A stretch of DNA of 63,990 nucleotides, filler included, from Pirum gemmata (taxonomy: Eukaryota), in NCBI GenBank assembly GCA_002812295.1. It is 30 parts of 30 records of this genome, joined end to end, with 100 filler letters (N's around TTAATTAATTAA, not from the genome) between each part and the next. Parts side by side here need not be neighbours in the genome. Positions count along the whole stretch, not along the records: positions 25,219 to 27,107 come from PDIN01010366.1; positions 27,208 to 30,911 come from PDIN01010367.1; positions 31,012 to 32,891 come from PDIN01010368.1; positions 32,992 to 34,900 come from PDIN01010369.1; positions 35,001 to 36,880 come from PDIN01010370.1; positions 36,981 to 38,812 come from PDIN01010371.1; 24 more parts are not named here. One strand, given 5' to 3'. This document shows positions 25,719 through 38,423 of the stretch, piece by piece (positions within the stretch are counted from its first letter, which is position 1; every line of letters starts with the position of its first letter). Under the pieces are notes generated by a model that saw only the letters and a program-made list of their open reading frames with translations, made no database searches and was not told where the DNA came from. The position numbers were made by a program, and so were the translations under genes.

Positions 25719-26659
25719 TACTTGGCAGAGTCGGATTACTGTCGATTAGAGGTCGGGCCATATAACCTCAGCCGTTTTGGCATTTTTTATAAAAATTTTA
25801 TAATAAATATCCTTATACCGGTATACATAAATTATATAGGTGGTATATAATATATAATATATAATAATATATATACATCATTATTTATTTTTAAATATAA
25901 TTGATGTATCATGTAATTACTGCATGTAATTACTATTAAGTACCAATACTATTAGTTATTACTATCATTCTTACTCTTAAGCTTACTCTTACTCTTAATA
26001 TTATTACTATTCTTATTACTATTCTTATTAATATTACTAAACTATTACTATTACTATTACTATTACTATTACTATTATTGTTATTAATAATAATAATAAT
26101 ATAACCATTACTATTACTATTGCTATTACTATTATTATTACTAAAATTACCATTATATAATATTACCATTATATAATATTACTATTATTATAATTACTAT
26201 TACTGTTACTATATATATTACTATTATTTAATACTAGTACTATTATTTATTTACTATTACTATTAATATTACTATTACTATTACTATTACTATTACTATT
26301 ACTAATTACCATTACAATCATAATTACAATTACAATTACAATTACAATTACTATTATTACTATTACTATTACTATTACTATTAAATTACTATTATTATTA
26401 TATATTATTACTATTAATATTAATATTTTAGTATTACTATTACTATTACTATTACTATTACTATTACTGTTACTATTACTATTACTATAGCTATTACTAC
26501 TACTATTATTATTACTATTTCTATTACTATTATTATTATAATTATAATTACTATTTCTATTGTAATTACTATTAAAATTACTATTACTATTACTATTAAT
26601 TACTATTACTATTATTATTATTTTTAATGTTACCATTACTATATTAATATTAATATATA

Positions 26660-26840
26660 GTACATTAAAATTTTAAACTCTTGTAATTTGGTCAAATTAC
26701 CAACACTACTCGGTAATTTATTGATACGGATACATATAATTTCTTTTTTAAAAATTGACCGAGTTTCCAACAATTTCTGGTAGCACAGTGACTTTATTAC
26801 AATAAATTGTTTGTTGATTGGTCCAATTACCAACAATGTC
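26660..26840 (-). pseudogene. Degenerate leucine-rich-repeat fragment
   Basis: One frame reads DIVGNWTNQQTIYCNKVTVLPEIVGNSVNF* and another continues INKLPSSVGNLTKLQEF. These are three LPxxVGNxxxL-type units broken by a stop and a frameshift. Confidence 0.55.
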
Positions 26841-27236
26841 TATTACCATTACCATTACTATTACTATTATAAATACTATTTAAATCTTCTCCTATTTGTT
26901 TACAAAGAAAAGAAAGTAATAGTCTTTTCTAAAAAAAAAGTATGATAATTATCGAGTGATAATTATTATTTTATAACTTTTTTCAAAAAAAAAAAAAAAA
27001 AAACAATAATAATTCGTTTTTTCAAAAAAAGTCTTAGTGTTTACAAAAATGATAGTGTTTTATAGGGTTTACACTTTACACAAGTTTACAGTGTGTTTTC
27101 TCTTAGANNNNNNNNNNNNNNNNNNNNNNNNNNNNNNNNNNNNNNNNNNNNTTAATTAATTAANNNNNNNNNNNNNNNNNNNNNNNNNNNNNNNNNNNNN
27201 NNNNNNNTAATAATAATAATAATAATAATAATATAC

Positions 27237-28204
27237 CTGTTTTTCTTTGCTTTTTTTTTGTTTCATTATTTTCTTTCCCGTTTTGGATTGGTTCTTCTTT
27301 AGCAGGGTTTATAGGTATAGGAGATGGTTTACGCCTAGGCCGCCTCGGAGTTTTCATTGTATCTTGTTGTTGTTGTTGTTGTGGTTGTGGTTGTGGTTGT
27401 GGTTGTGGTTGTCGTTGTGGTGGTTGTTTTAACGTTGGTTTGTGTTTTAGTTCTTGTTTTTCCGCATGCGCTTTAGGTTTCGTTTTTGGATTTGGTTGTG
27501 ATTCTGATTCTTCTTTTTTGGGTAATAATGATGGTGACTTATGTTTCTGTTGTGGTGCTGCAGTTTGTTTTTGTGGTTGGGCTTGGGCTTGAGCTTGGGC
27601 TTGGGTTTGTTTTATAACTTTATGTTGCTGTTGATGTTGCTGTTGCTGTTCCATTCTAAACCGTGGCTCTAGTGATCCCATGCAAAACAGTGGTGAAATG
27701 GTTGTTCTTGACATCCGTGCAAGTTTTGGTGGTTTTGGAGATACCAGGTGTTGTGGTTGTGGTTGTGGTGGTTGTGGTGGTTGCTGCTGTACTTGTGCTC
27801 GTGCTTGTGCTTGTGTTTGTTGTGCTTGTTGTTGTGCTTTTGCTTGTTGTGGTGGTTGTGGTGGTTGTGGTTGTGGTGGTTGTGGTGGTTGTGGTGGTTG
27901 TGGTTGTGGTTGTGGTTGCTTTCGTTTTGATTGTTTTGGTTGCTGCTTAGTTTGTTTAATTGGCTTTGTTTGTATTGTTTTTATTGCTTGCTTTGTTTGT
28001 TGTGTTGGTTTGGTTTTGTTGGTTTGGTTTATTGTATTTGTTGAATGATTATTGACTGGGTGGTCAGAAAAAGGGTGAGCGGGCACGTGCTGTTGTTGGT
28101 CTAACCCATTACCTTGAGCTTTTCTAAATTGAGGTTCCAAAGAACCCATACAAAACAATGGTGAGATTGTTGTTTTTGTAGATTTCTTTGGTTTTGATGG
28201 TTGC

Positions 28205-28279
<75 letters not shown>
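27237..28279 (-). CDS. Internal exon of a Gln/Pro-rich protein with a duplicated TTISPLFCMGSLEPxFR motif
   Basis: Open frame of about 347 codons from the N at 28280 to an AG|GTATAT donor at 27236. Confidence 0.75.
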
Positions 28280-28450
28280 NAATAATAATAATAAATAATA
28301 AATAATAATAAATAACAATAAATAATAAATAATAATAAATAATAAATAACAACAATATATATAGCAACATTAATAATACTATTCATAAATCAATCAATTA
28401 AATGAATAAATTTAACAAATACAAAAATAAACAAAATAACAAAAACTTAC

Positions 28451-28961
28451 AGACATAAAAGGATAAGTAGCTTGAATTGTATTACGAAAATACATATAAG
28501 CTTCTGGTGGTTTAACTAGTATTTTCGGCTCTCTTTTTTCGGCAGAACGTTTTCCTCTACGATTTTTGTCCCTAAATACCGCAACACTATCTTCTACTTT
28601 AACATTAGTAATAACAGTATCATTATTATTATTATTACTATTATTATTACTAATACTAATAGTATTACTGTTACTATTATTACCATTGTTATTGTTGTTA
28701 TTGTTGTAATTATTATTATTATCATTGCTGTTGTTGTTGTTCTTTATAAAGAGAACATTTGTATTTTGATTTTTTGGACTAAAATTACTATGACTCTCGT
28801 CTTCACTATTTATTTCCTCGTAATAATAATATCCTTTTCTTTTAGTACCAATAACAACAACAGCATTATTGTTATTATTAATATTACTATAGTTATTATT
28901 ATTGTTATTGTTTCTATTGCTACTACTATTACTACCATTATTATTATTATCATAGCTGTAC

Positions 28962-28992
<31 letters not shown>
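28451..28992 (-). CDS. Exon missed by the ORF track: Asn-rich region, then basic RRGKRSAEKREPKILVKPPEAYMYFRNTIQATYPFMS
   Basis: Stop-free frame from the N at 28993 to a canonical GTAAGT donor at 28450. It has no upstream start codon. Confidence 0.65.
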
Positions 28993-28993
28993 N

Positions 28994-29063
28994 AGGGTTA
29001 GGGTTAGGGTTAGGGTTAGGGTTAGGGTTAGGGTTAGGGTTAGGGTTAGGGTTAGGGGTTAGG
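28994..29063 (+). repeat. (TTAGGG)n array
   Basis: Seen directly, next to a single-N join. Confidence 0.9.
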
Positions 29064-29579
29064 AAAGAAGTCTAAAAAAAATGTTTTCTACAGTTCTATC
29101 CGGCCTGAAAAAAAATAAAAATAAAAATAAATAAATAAATAAATAAATAGTAAAGTTAAATAAGTAGTAAAGTTAAATATACAAATATAATAAATAAATA
29201 AATAAAATAAATAATTTATAAAAATTTAATAAAGAAAGAAGTATTTTAATAAAAAAAAAATTTTTAAAGAAACCAAAAAATTCAAACTGTAATAAATAAA
29301 GGTATAAATACACACACACACGCACAACATATTGTCAAAAAATTAAATATTAAAAAAAAAACTTTTATTATAATTAAAAAAAAAGTGTTGTACCAGTTCA
29401 TCAATTATATTAAAACTAGTGGCATAAATTTTAGAAATTACAATCAACCAATTTGGAATTTTTGTATTAATAATATATAAAACGAAAATAAACAAATTTT
29501 TTTTAAAAAAAAACAAAGGATAAAAAAAATAACGCGAAATAAAAAAAAAATTTAAAAAAATTAATAATAGTAAAAGAAA

Positions 29580-30359
29580 ATGATGTTTTTCAAAAGTATT
29601 GCTACATTTGCTGTTGTTAGTTTTGCTTTAACAGCCTCTGCTCATCCTCAACAAAATGAAAACCAAAATCAAATTGCTTTACCCAACCTTGCAAACTTGT
29701 ATCATCAATTTGATTACGATCGATTGACAAGACGAGATGAGGGCGTGGAAGATCCTGTACTAAAAGCTTTCTTCAAGAGTCAGACATTCTTAACTAGTAC
29801 GCTTCATAAACTAAAAATTGCAGATATAGCTACTGGCAAAATACAACCTACTAAAGAGCTTTTAGTACCTATACTTAAGACAGTGTTCAAAGATTCTACT
29901 GGCTTTGATTATGAAGGTACAGCTGCTAAAGTTATTGCCACTTTTAAAAATGATGCTGAAACCCCTGCTGACCCTGTGTTAGAAAACATTGGTGATGCCA
30001 TTGCGAAGTACGCTACCAGCGAAGCTGAAAGATTGCAATTTGTTTTTCTTTCTGAAACACTTAATAAAGTGTTACAGTCTGGAAACACCCAAGATGCCCA
30101 AAATATAATCAAAAACGACCCTTTCATTCAAGAAGCTTATAAAGGGTTAGCAAAGCAGGTTGCGGGCGCAACTACTTTGGAATCCATAAAAAAGATTACC
30201 AAGGAAACACAAGCTACTGCGCAAAAGAAAGCCAGTGCAGCAACTTCTCAATTTAATCAATCAAAACAAAAAGCCGTCCAAAATAATGATTCCACTAAAA
30301 TGATTGCTTCTTCTTTAGTTTTGACTGGAATTATGATGACTACTCAATTTTTCTTTTAA
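29580..30359 (+). CDS. 259-aa secreted, probably GPI-anchored, helical protein; intronless
   Basis: Signal peptide MMFFKSIATFAVVSFALTASA, dibasic LTRR|DE site, hydrophobic C-terminus preceded by small residues (NNDS), and an A-rich 5' flank. Confidence 0.85.
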   Translation: MMFFKSIATFAVVSFALTASAHPQQNENQNQIALPNLANLYHQFDYDRLTRRDEGVEDPVLKAFFKSQTFLTSTLHKLKIADIATGKIQPTKELLVPILKTVFKDSTGFDYEGTAAKVIATFKNDAETPADPVLENIGDAIAKYATSEAERLQFVFLSETLNKVLQSGNTQDAQNIIKNDPFIQEAYKGLAKQVAGATTLESIKKITKETQATAQKKASAATSQFNQSKQKAVQNNDSTKMIASSLVLTGIMMTTQFFF

Positions 30360-30737
30360 TTTAAATAATAATAATTTTATAATAATAATAAAAATGATAA
30401 TGATAATAATAATAATAATAATAATAAAATAATTAAAATAATATTTTTATTTTTATTTTTAATGAATCAAATAAAATATATAATATGAATATAAAAAAAA
30501 AATACAATTTTTTCATTTTTTTTTTAACATTAATTAATAACAATTAATAAAATATAAATTTTAATCTTAAAACAAATATTGTTATTATTACATTTTCAAA
30601 TGTTGATAATGTTTTTTTAAAAAATCATTTCAATTTTTAGTGATTTTATTGTAATAATCTTTTAAAAATACCAATATACTAATAATAATACTTACAAAAT
30701 ATCCTAATGAATAATAATAATAATAGTTATAATTATA

Positions 30738-30778
<41 letters not shown>

Positions 30779-31930
30779 AATGATAATAAAAGTTTAAATT
30801 TTTTTTATACATTTTGCTAGGAAAAAAAAATTCACAATTTTTTTATTAAGTATCATACCAAATTAAAATTGAAGGGCACAAAAAATAAATTTTAGTAATT
30901 TGCTTTTTTTANNNNNNNNNNNNNNNNNNNNNNNNNNNNNNNNNNNNNNNNNNNNTTAATTAATTAANNNNNNNNNNNNNNNNNNNNNNNNNNNNNNNNN
31001 NNNNNNNNNNNTATTATTATTATTATTATTATCATATAATAATATATATTAAATATTTGAAAACATATACGCATATTTGTTTTTATTGTGTTAGACATAA
31101 TATTATGTCCAAAATCTTGGAAAATAATAATTAAAAACGCCAAATGAAATAAACTGAATCCCATAAATTTGGTAAGGTTTTGTTTTTTATTTTACTTTCG
31201 TAATGGAATCAACCCAAGTGCTCATTGGTGACGTAAGGTATTTATGTATATAAAAACCCACAAGCCTACAAGTCATGTTGTGCTGTTGTTTCTTATAGTT
31301 TTAAAACTATACAATAATCATAATGAACATGAAACAAAGCAGGATTTGGAAGAAAAATAAGTACTAAATAAGTCCTCTCTTTTATATTTTCTATCTACAT
31401 TCTTTAATAAGTAAGTAACAAATGTCAGTCTGCAGCTGAACCCCAACTAGGCAAAGCTTAATAGGAGTATTCTCCTGTCATTTGATCTTTAACTATAATA
31501 CCGTTTGTTGTTTGGAAATTTTTAAATTCTTGAATGTGAACTGATTTTGCCAATTGTACACAATATCATGACCTCTAATAAAAACTAGAGAAGGACTATT
31601 GTTATTGCTGTGCATTTGTTCTGAGAATTTTTATGTTCCTTGAGCCATTCACTAGCATGCCCATACCAATCTCTCACCAGCTGCAGGAGGCGACGGATAA
31701 ATTTGTTTTTTAAAAAAATTACATCACAACATTAAATTTTGCTAGTTAAATTTTGTAATAATATTAATATTATAATTATTAATAATTAACATAACGTTTT
31801 AATATTTTCGTATCGCAATTACGACATAATACTAATTAAAAATTGAAGCATACATTGCGTAATAACTGCGTAATGTATACACCTATACAGCATTCAAATC
31901 CACACCACTCCTCCCTGGCAACGATACCAA

Positions 31931-32392
31931 TTAATTTTGGTTTACACAAATCACGCCGTATTGTTGTTTTCTTAACTTGCGACAAGTATTATATTGAACT
32001 TGAAATAATTCAATATTACTAAAAATTAAGCCACCTCTTTCGTATTTTCTGCATTCTTTTATCAAGTAATAGCAGTCTCCATTAGTACTAGATAGAGTAT
32101 TTTCACATTGTTTTTCGTAATGAAAATTTTCTAGTTCCTGAATCCGAGCAGCCACGCCATTACTAGTACTGGTGCCGGCACAAAGTTCTCGGAAATCGCG
32201 TTTATTATGGTTAACGTAACAGTCTTGTGCATATCGGGTTTTTTTACACTTGTCTCTCATATTTGACTCTGAAGTCGCCAAAAAGCTTTCGTAAGACGCG
32301 TTGCATTCGGTAAGATGTGTCTGTAAATCACAAGCAGCAGTTGTGATTATTAAACCAGAAAGACATGACATTGTAAACAAAATTGAATTCAT
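31931..32392 (-). CDS. Small Cys-rich secreted protein (153 aa as read; the 3' part may be spliced)
   Basis: ATG followed by a hydrophobic signal-like segment, about 10 Cys in the mature part, and higher GC than the flanks. Confidence 0.7.
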   Translation of the reverse strand: MNSILFTMSCLSGLIITTAACDLQTHLTECNASYESFLATSESNMRDKCKKTRYAQDCYVNHNKRDFRELCAGTSTSNGVAARIQELENFHYEKQCENTLSSTNGDCYYLIKECRKYERGGLIFSNIELFQVQYNTCRKLRKQQYGVICVNQN

Positions 32393-33035
32393 GATTGTTT
32401 TAGTTTATTATATTATACGTTACTGATTAATAATAAAAAAAATAGGGGATAAAGAAGAGAGAGAGAAAGAGGAGAATTGAAGTAAATGATATAGTTAGTT
32501 TTAATAGTTTTTTTTTAAAAATTTTTTGAAACTTTATTAATAACAGACCATTATATATTATATTGCAATAAGATACTTTACAGAGATTTTAACGAAATGC
32601 TAAGGAAATTAAAAAACCCCAAAGTCAGATTACAACTTTATAGATTAGACTGCGCTGTAGTTTTCTTTTCTTTTCTTTTTGTGGGGTTTAGATTCAAGTT
32701 TAGATCAAAGGAAAAATATGATTCAGTAGTAATTCAGTGACTTAATTTCAGTCTGTTATAAATAATCTATAAATAATAACATGAACCGGGCACGGAGGGA
32801 TAGACTGCCGGTAGTGCTTTTCAGTTATTTTGTATAGATCTAATATTATAAAATATACCATAAATAGTACCAAATTAATACAATATAAATCNNNNNNNNN
32901 NNNNNNNNNNNNNNNNNNNNNNNNNNNNNNNNNNNTTAATTAATTAANNNNNNNNNNNNNNNNNNNNNNNNNNNNNNNNNNNNNNNNNNNNATTATTATT
33001 ATTATTATTAATTAATATTATTATTATTATTATTT

Positions 33036-33458
33036 AAAATTTTTGTAAATAACAATAAAATAAAAACACTCTCTATTCTTGATCTTTCGTTTGGCAACTT
33101 TGACATTGAACAAGTACGTGAGATAGCAACTGCATTGCAACAGATTAGTACCCTCACCACACTAAACTTATACGAAAACGAAATTGGTGATGACGAAGCG
33201 AACGAATTAGCGACTGCTTTGAAAATGAACACAACCCTCACATCACTTAATTTAGATTGTAATGCAATAGGGATAACTGGAGCGGAAGCACTGGCCTCCG
33301 TTTTGCAACATAACAGAACGCTTACTAGATTAGACTTAGAGAATAATTATATATACAATAAAGGGGCTAAGGCTATAGCCTCTGCATTGCTGCAGAACAA
33401 AACACTAAACACACTTTATCTGTATAACAACTCAATTGGTTTTACAGGAATAAAAGCA

Positions 33459-33490
<32 letters not shown>

Positions 33491-33491
33491 G
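33036..33491 (+). CDS. RI-like (NLRC3-type) leucine-rich-repeat fragment, about 5 x 28-aa repeats
   Basis: TLTxLxLxxNxIGxxGAxALAxAL repeats; the frame is open upstream of the annotated ORF start at 33135. Confidence 0.85.
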
Positions 33492-34484
33492 GCACTAAAC
33501 TAACTCTGAAATCTGGATTCCTCGAGTCTGTGCTATTTAATATTAAAAAAAATATATTAATTTAGATATTAATTATTGCAATTGATATCGTTAACGTTAA
33601 CGTTATGTACACAAAACAAATTAAATAGTGTCCAAATTTAATTATAAATTGGTATTACATATATATTATATTATGTTCAAATTGGAGGGGGGGGATAACT
33701 CTTTCAGAATTTAGAATAATAGGTTTTTTTAAAAAGTGTTTTTAGCTATAGTTTTAATTTATATCTGAAGTTGGCCAGGTGAAGTTGGTATTTGAACTAA
33801 TACTAGCGCTAGTAGTTGTTTTTTTTTAATAATAATATGGATATATATATAATATGTGAGTTCGAATATATACGCTTATATAAAATAATGCCATTGCTTA
33901 CTGTTAAATTGGTTAATTAAAGATAATTGAATAAATACTAATTAATGAATAATACTAATAATAATTAATGAAAAATAAATGCTAATTAATAAAAAAATCA
34001 ACTATAATTTAAACAATGACCTATGTATTTCTTTAATATAATCATCACCCAAAGTAATATAATATGTGAATACATACGCTTATATAAAGTAATGTCATCG
34101 CTTACTATTAAATTGATTAATTAAAGATAATTGAATAAATACCAATTAATGAAAAATACTAATAATAATTAATGAAAAAAAAGTGCTAATTAATGAAAAA
34201 TTCAACGATAATTTAAATAATGACCTATGCATTTCTTTAATAATATAATCATCACCCAAAGTAATGTGATTAAAAAACCGTCGTAGTAGGTTGAACTCGT
34301 CACTTTGGGCTATAGAATGCCCTTGGAAATCAAGTATTACACAATCGCACATGATGCGAATAGATCTATGTAAACCATCCTGCTTTCGTTATTAGAACCA
34401 AAAGAACGACAATTCAAAGGCCGGCGTGCTAAGTGGATTGATGCTTCTTGTAATCGTGGCCATGATTCATATGCTAATAGTTAC

Positions 34485-34565
<81 letters not shown>

Positions 34566-35705
34566 AGTAGTAGTAGTAGTAGTAGTAGTAGTACAAATTG
34601 ACAATAATTAATTTATTAAATTTATATTATTTATTTTAATTAGGTACAAAAATAAATAATGTGGAGGCAGCATGTTATCATTAGTAAAATGTTATTACTT
34701 AAATAATATATATATGGTTATAATGATTAGCGTTATAATTTTTTTAAAAAGTAATATAAAAATAATATTAAATATTTTTTTACATTATATTGTGTTTCAA
34801 CTTAAAATCTTGGATTCTGCCCTTAGCTTCGTCAAAATAATTTTGCATCATTTGATCAAATTCTTGAGTAGTAATGGCAGGAGTAGAACCTAACGGCTTA
34901 NNNNNNNNNNNNNNNNNNNNNNNNNNNNNNNNNNNNNNNNNNNNTTAATTAATTAANNNNNNNNNNNNNNNNNNNNNNNNNNNNNNNNNNNNNNNNNNNN
35001 TTTTCCGAGGTTAGGTTGTATATATAGCTCTGGTTGTGGTCAGTTAGTTTTAGCTATTTTTATGAATGATTTTAGGGATTTTGTCCTTCCAGATACCAAT
35101 TCGACACCCTCAGATTCATTAACTGTTATAATTAAATTACTAAGTAAATAATTAAGCTTTCCTGATATGATAATATGACTAATGCTTTTGTGTTTTATTA
35201 TTATTATTATTATTATGTTCTTATTGTTCTTATTGGTTTTCTTGGTTTTCTTTATGTTATAATAATAGATGATAATAATAATATTATGATGGTAATAATA
35301 TAAACATCGAGGTTAGAGTCTCTTTATTATTATTATTATTATTATTATTGGGTTTAATATTATTGTATATGTAATTATTGTTTATGTAATAATAATAGAT
35401 GATAATACTAATGTTGGTAATAATGGTAATAATATAAACATCGAGATTAGAGTCTCTTCCTTGTTATTATTATTGTTATTATTGGGTTTGTTATTATTGT
35501 ATATGTTACATAATAATAATAAAGATAATGATGCTCGTAATAATAATAATAATAGGTAAGGGTCTTTGGTTTTCGATTCTAATATAAATTGAAAAAAATC
35601 GATTATTTACAAGTAGAGATCCGTTTGTATTTTCAATTTTCTGTAATTTTTTTTTTAATATAATAAAATTTTTATCTACTTATTTTTAACTTATTGTACC
35701 TTTTT

Positions 35706-36092
35706 CTAACCCTAACCCTAACCCTAACCCTATAACCCTAACCCTAACCCTAACCCTGACCCTAACCTTAACCCTAACCCTAACCCTGACCCTAACCCTA
35801 ACATTAACCCTAACCCTAACCCTAACCCTAACCCTAACCCTAACCCTAACCCTAACGTAGCGCTAACCCTAACGCTAACGCTAACCCTAACCTTAACCCT
35901 AACCCTTAACCTAACCCTAATAACCCTAACCCTAATAACCCTAACCCTAATAACCCTAACCCTTACCCTAACACTAAATCCGACCCTAGCCTTAACCCTA
36001 ACCCTAACCCCAACCCTGGCCTTAACCCCAACCCCAACCCTTTCCTTAACCCTAACCCCAACCCTAACCCTAACCCTAACCCTAACCCTAAC
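35706..36092 (-). repeat. Internal degenerate (TTAGGG)n array, about 390 bp
   Basis: (CCCTAA)n with variants and non-telomeric DNA on both sides. Further arrays at 36533-36586 and 36834-36880, the latter in the opposite orientation. Confidence 0.92.
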
Positions 36093-37640
36093 TCTTTTTT
36101 ATAAATTATTATCATGTAGTAATTTATTAAAATATTATTTATTTCGAGCTTACAATTTCGAGGTAACAATTTAGGCCCATAGTGTTGTTTGAATTACGAT
36201 TTTCATTTATTTTGTTACTTTTTAATATTTTTTTGGTGGGTTATATATACTATAACCTTTGAATTAACATTTTTAAATGAATAAATAGATAATAAAATGT
36301 GCCAAATTAAATAAAATGGATTTATATTGTATTAATTTGGTACCCTTTATTGTGTATTTTATTATGACAAAAAAACTGAAATAGTAATTCATATCCATAT
36401 TTAATTATTTTATTACTATATTTAGAAACATATTTGTTTTTGGTAATAAAATGAATATTGAACCAAATTTTCAAGTGTTTTACATTATTAATCGAAAAAC
36501 CGAATACAATTAATTCAAAATTAATTTAAAAGCCCTAACCCTACCTAACCCTAACCCTAACCCTAACCCTAACCCTAACCCTAACCACTTTTTTTAACTT
36601 TCAATCAAAACTTTTTTTTTAAAAAAACAATTCTACCCGTAATTTATAAGTTATTTTATGGTTAGAATTTTACTTTTTTGTCGTACCATCTTACCCAAAC
36701 CCCAACCCTATTTATTTTTAAGTGTCCACTACAGTGCCTCCAGTTGTAATTAATTTGATCATAGATTCAACTATAATAGACTTAGATATATCAAAGAATG
36801 GGTCTAGATATACAGAAAAATGAAAATGGTGTTGGTTAGGTTAAGGTTAAGGTTAGGGTTAGGGTTAGGGTTAGGGTTAGNNNNNNNNNNNNNNNNNNNN
36901 NNNNNNNNNNNNNNNNNNNNNNNNTTAATTAATTAANNNNNNNNNNNNNNNNNNNNNNNNNNNNNNNNNNNNNNNNNNNNAGGGTTAGGGTTAGGGTTAG
37001 GGTTAGGGTTATCAGGGTTAGGGTTATCAGGGTTAGAGTCAAAATTAAAATATGCTAGTTAGAAAAAGTTAATGAAAATTATAAAAAAACTAATTTTGTA
37101 GCTCTACTTACAAAATAAATCACATTCAAAACGTGAAATAGTAAAATTTTCTAAACAAATATCTGAAGACTTACACCATCCACAATTTAAAGCATTCGTA
37201 CAATAAGAACAGTTTTCCTATGATTTTTTAATAATAATAATAATAAACAAACAAACAAACAAACAAACAAACAAACAAACAAATAAATAAACAAATAAAC
37301 AAACAAACAAACAAACAAACAAACAAACAAACAAACAAGCAACAACAGCAGAAACAACAGCAGTACCAACAGCAGCACCAACAGCAGCACACTACCAGCA
37401 CCAGCACAAGTAACTGCACTAACAATAACAATAACAATAACAATAACAATAACAATAACAATAACAATAACGCTAACAATAACGTTAACAATAACAATAA
37501 CAATAACAATAACAATAACAATAACAATAACAATAACAATAACAACAACGAACAAGAAAGCTAACCCCGTCTTCTATATATAAATAAAACAAACAACCAA
37601 CTAACCAACCAGCCTGCAACAACCAACAGCCACAGTAACT

Positions 37641-38295
37641 ATGCATAAATCAATAATGCTCGGTGGCATGGGTATGACCAGCAAGCATTTAAAAAAGTAT
37701 AACATCATTCCTGCTTATAAAAAGCTTGAACATAGCCCCTTTAAACTTTGTTCAGTAAATTCTGGACAAAAAGAATACATCAATAATTTAAAAAACGTTG
37801 TGAATGAAACTAAAGCGCAATCTCAACCCGTCGTTTTGCACTCCATGTCAGCCACTAGTTGGTACGCAATGGATTACTTAGCCTCCAACCCTGATCATCA
37901 GATCAAAAATTTGATACTAGAATCAACTCCTTATCTTTTTGATTATTCAAAGTTAATTCAACACCTGGTTGGGAGAAAAACATCACCTGCTATAAATAAA
38001 TTTGTCGAACCTTTTTTGAACAAAGCTTTGACTTTCTATGGGGCAGATTCTGCGTGGAAGGATAGATATATTGAACAACTAGAAAATCCCCATAATGTTG
38101 AAAATATTTTACTAATTGGAAGTAAAAATGATTCTCTAATTCCTTATGAACATTTTGAGCAATTAGCGGAGAAGTTGGTTCAAAATGGCAAAAATGTTGA
38201 TTTTGTAGTGTCTGAAACTGCTCGTCACAATTTAACTATTTTGGATGATAAACTGTTGTACGAAGAAGCCTTAACGAAATGGATAAGCAAAATTG

Positions 38296-38340
<45 letters not shown>

Positions 38341-38423
38341 GTAATAGTGATAGTAATAATAGTAATAATAATGGAAATAGAATTGAAAATGAAGAGGAAA
38401 GGGTTATGGTTGGTCATGGTTAG
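37641..38423 (+). CDS. Alpha/beta-hydrolase-fold protein, DUF829/TMEM53-like; intronless
   Basis: LHSMS nucleophile elbow, ILESTP, LLIGSKNDSLIP (Asp) and SETARH (His) occur in the family order. A TATA-like TATATATAAA is at about 37575. Confidence 0.8.

Noticed and set aside
36834..37036. True chromosome ends on either side of a spacer
   Set aside because: Contigs commonly break in repeats, the 36981 array points into its fragment, and equivalent arrays are internal elsewhere, so these cannot be called telomeres.
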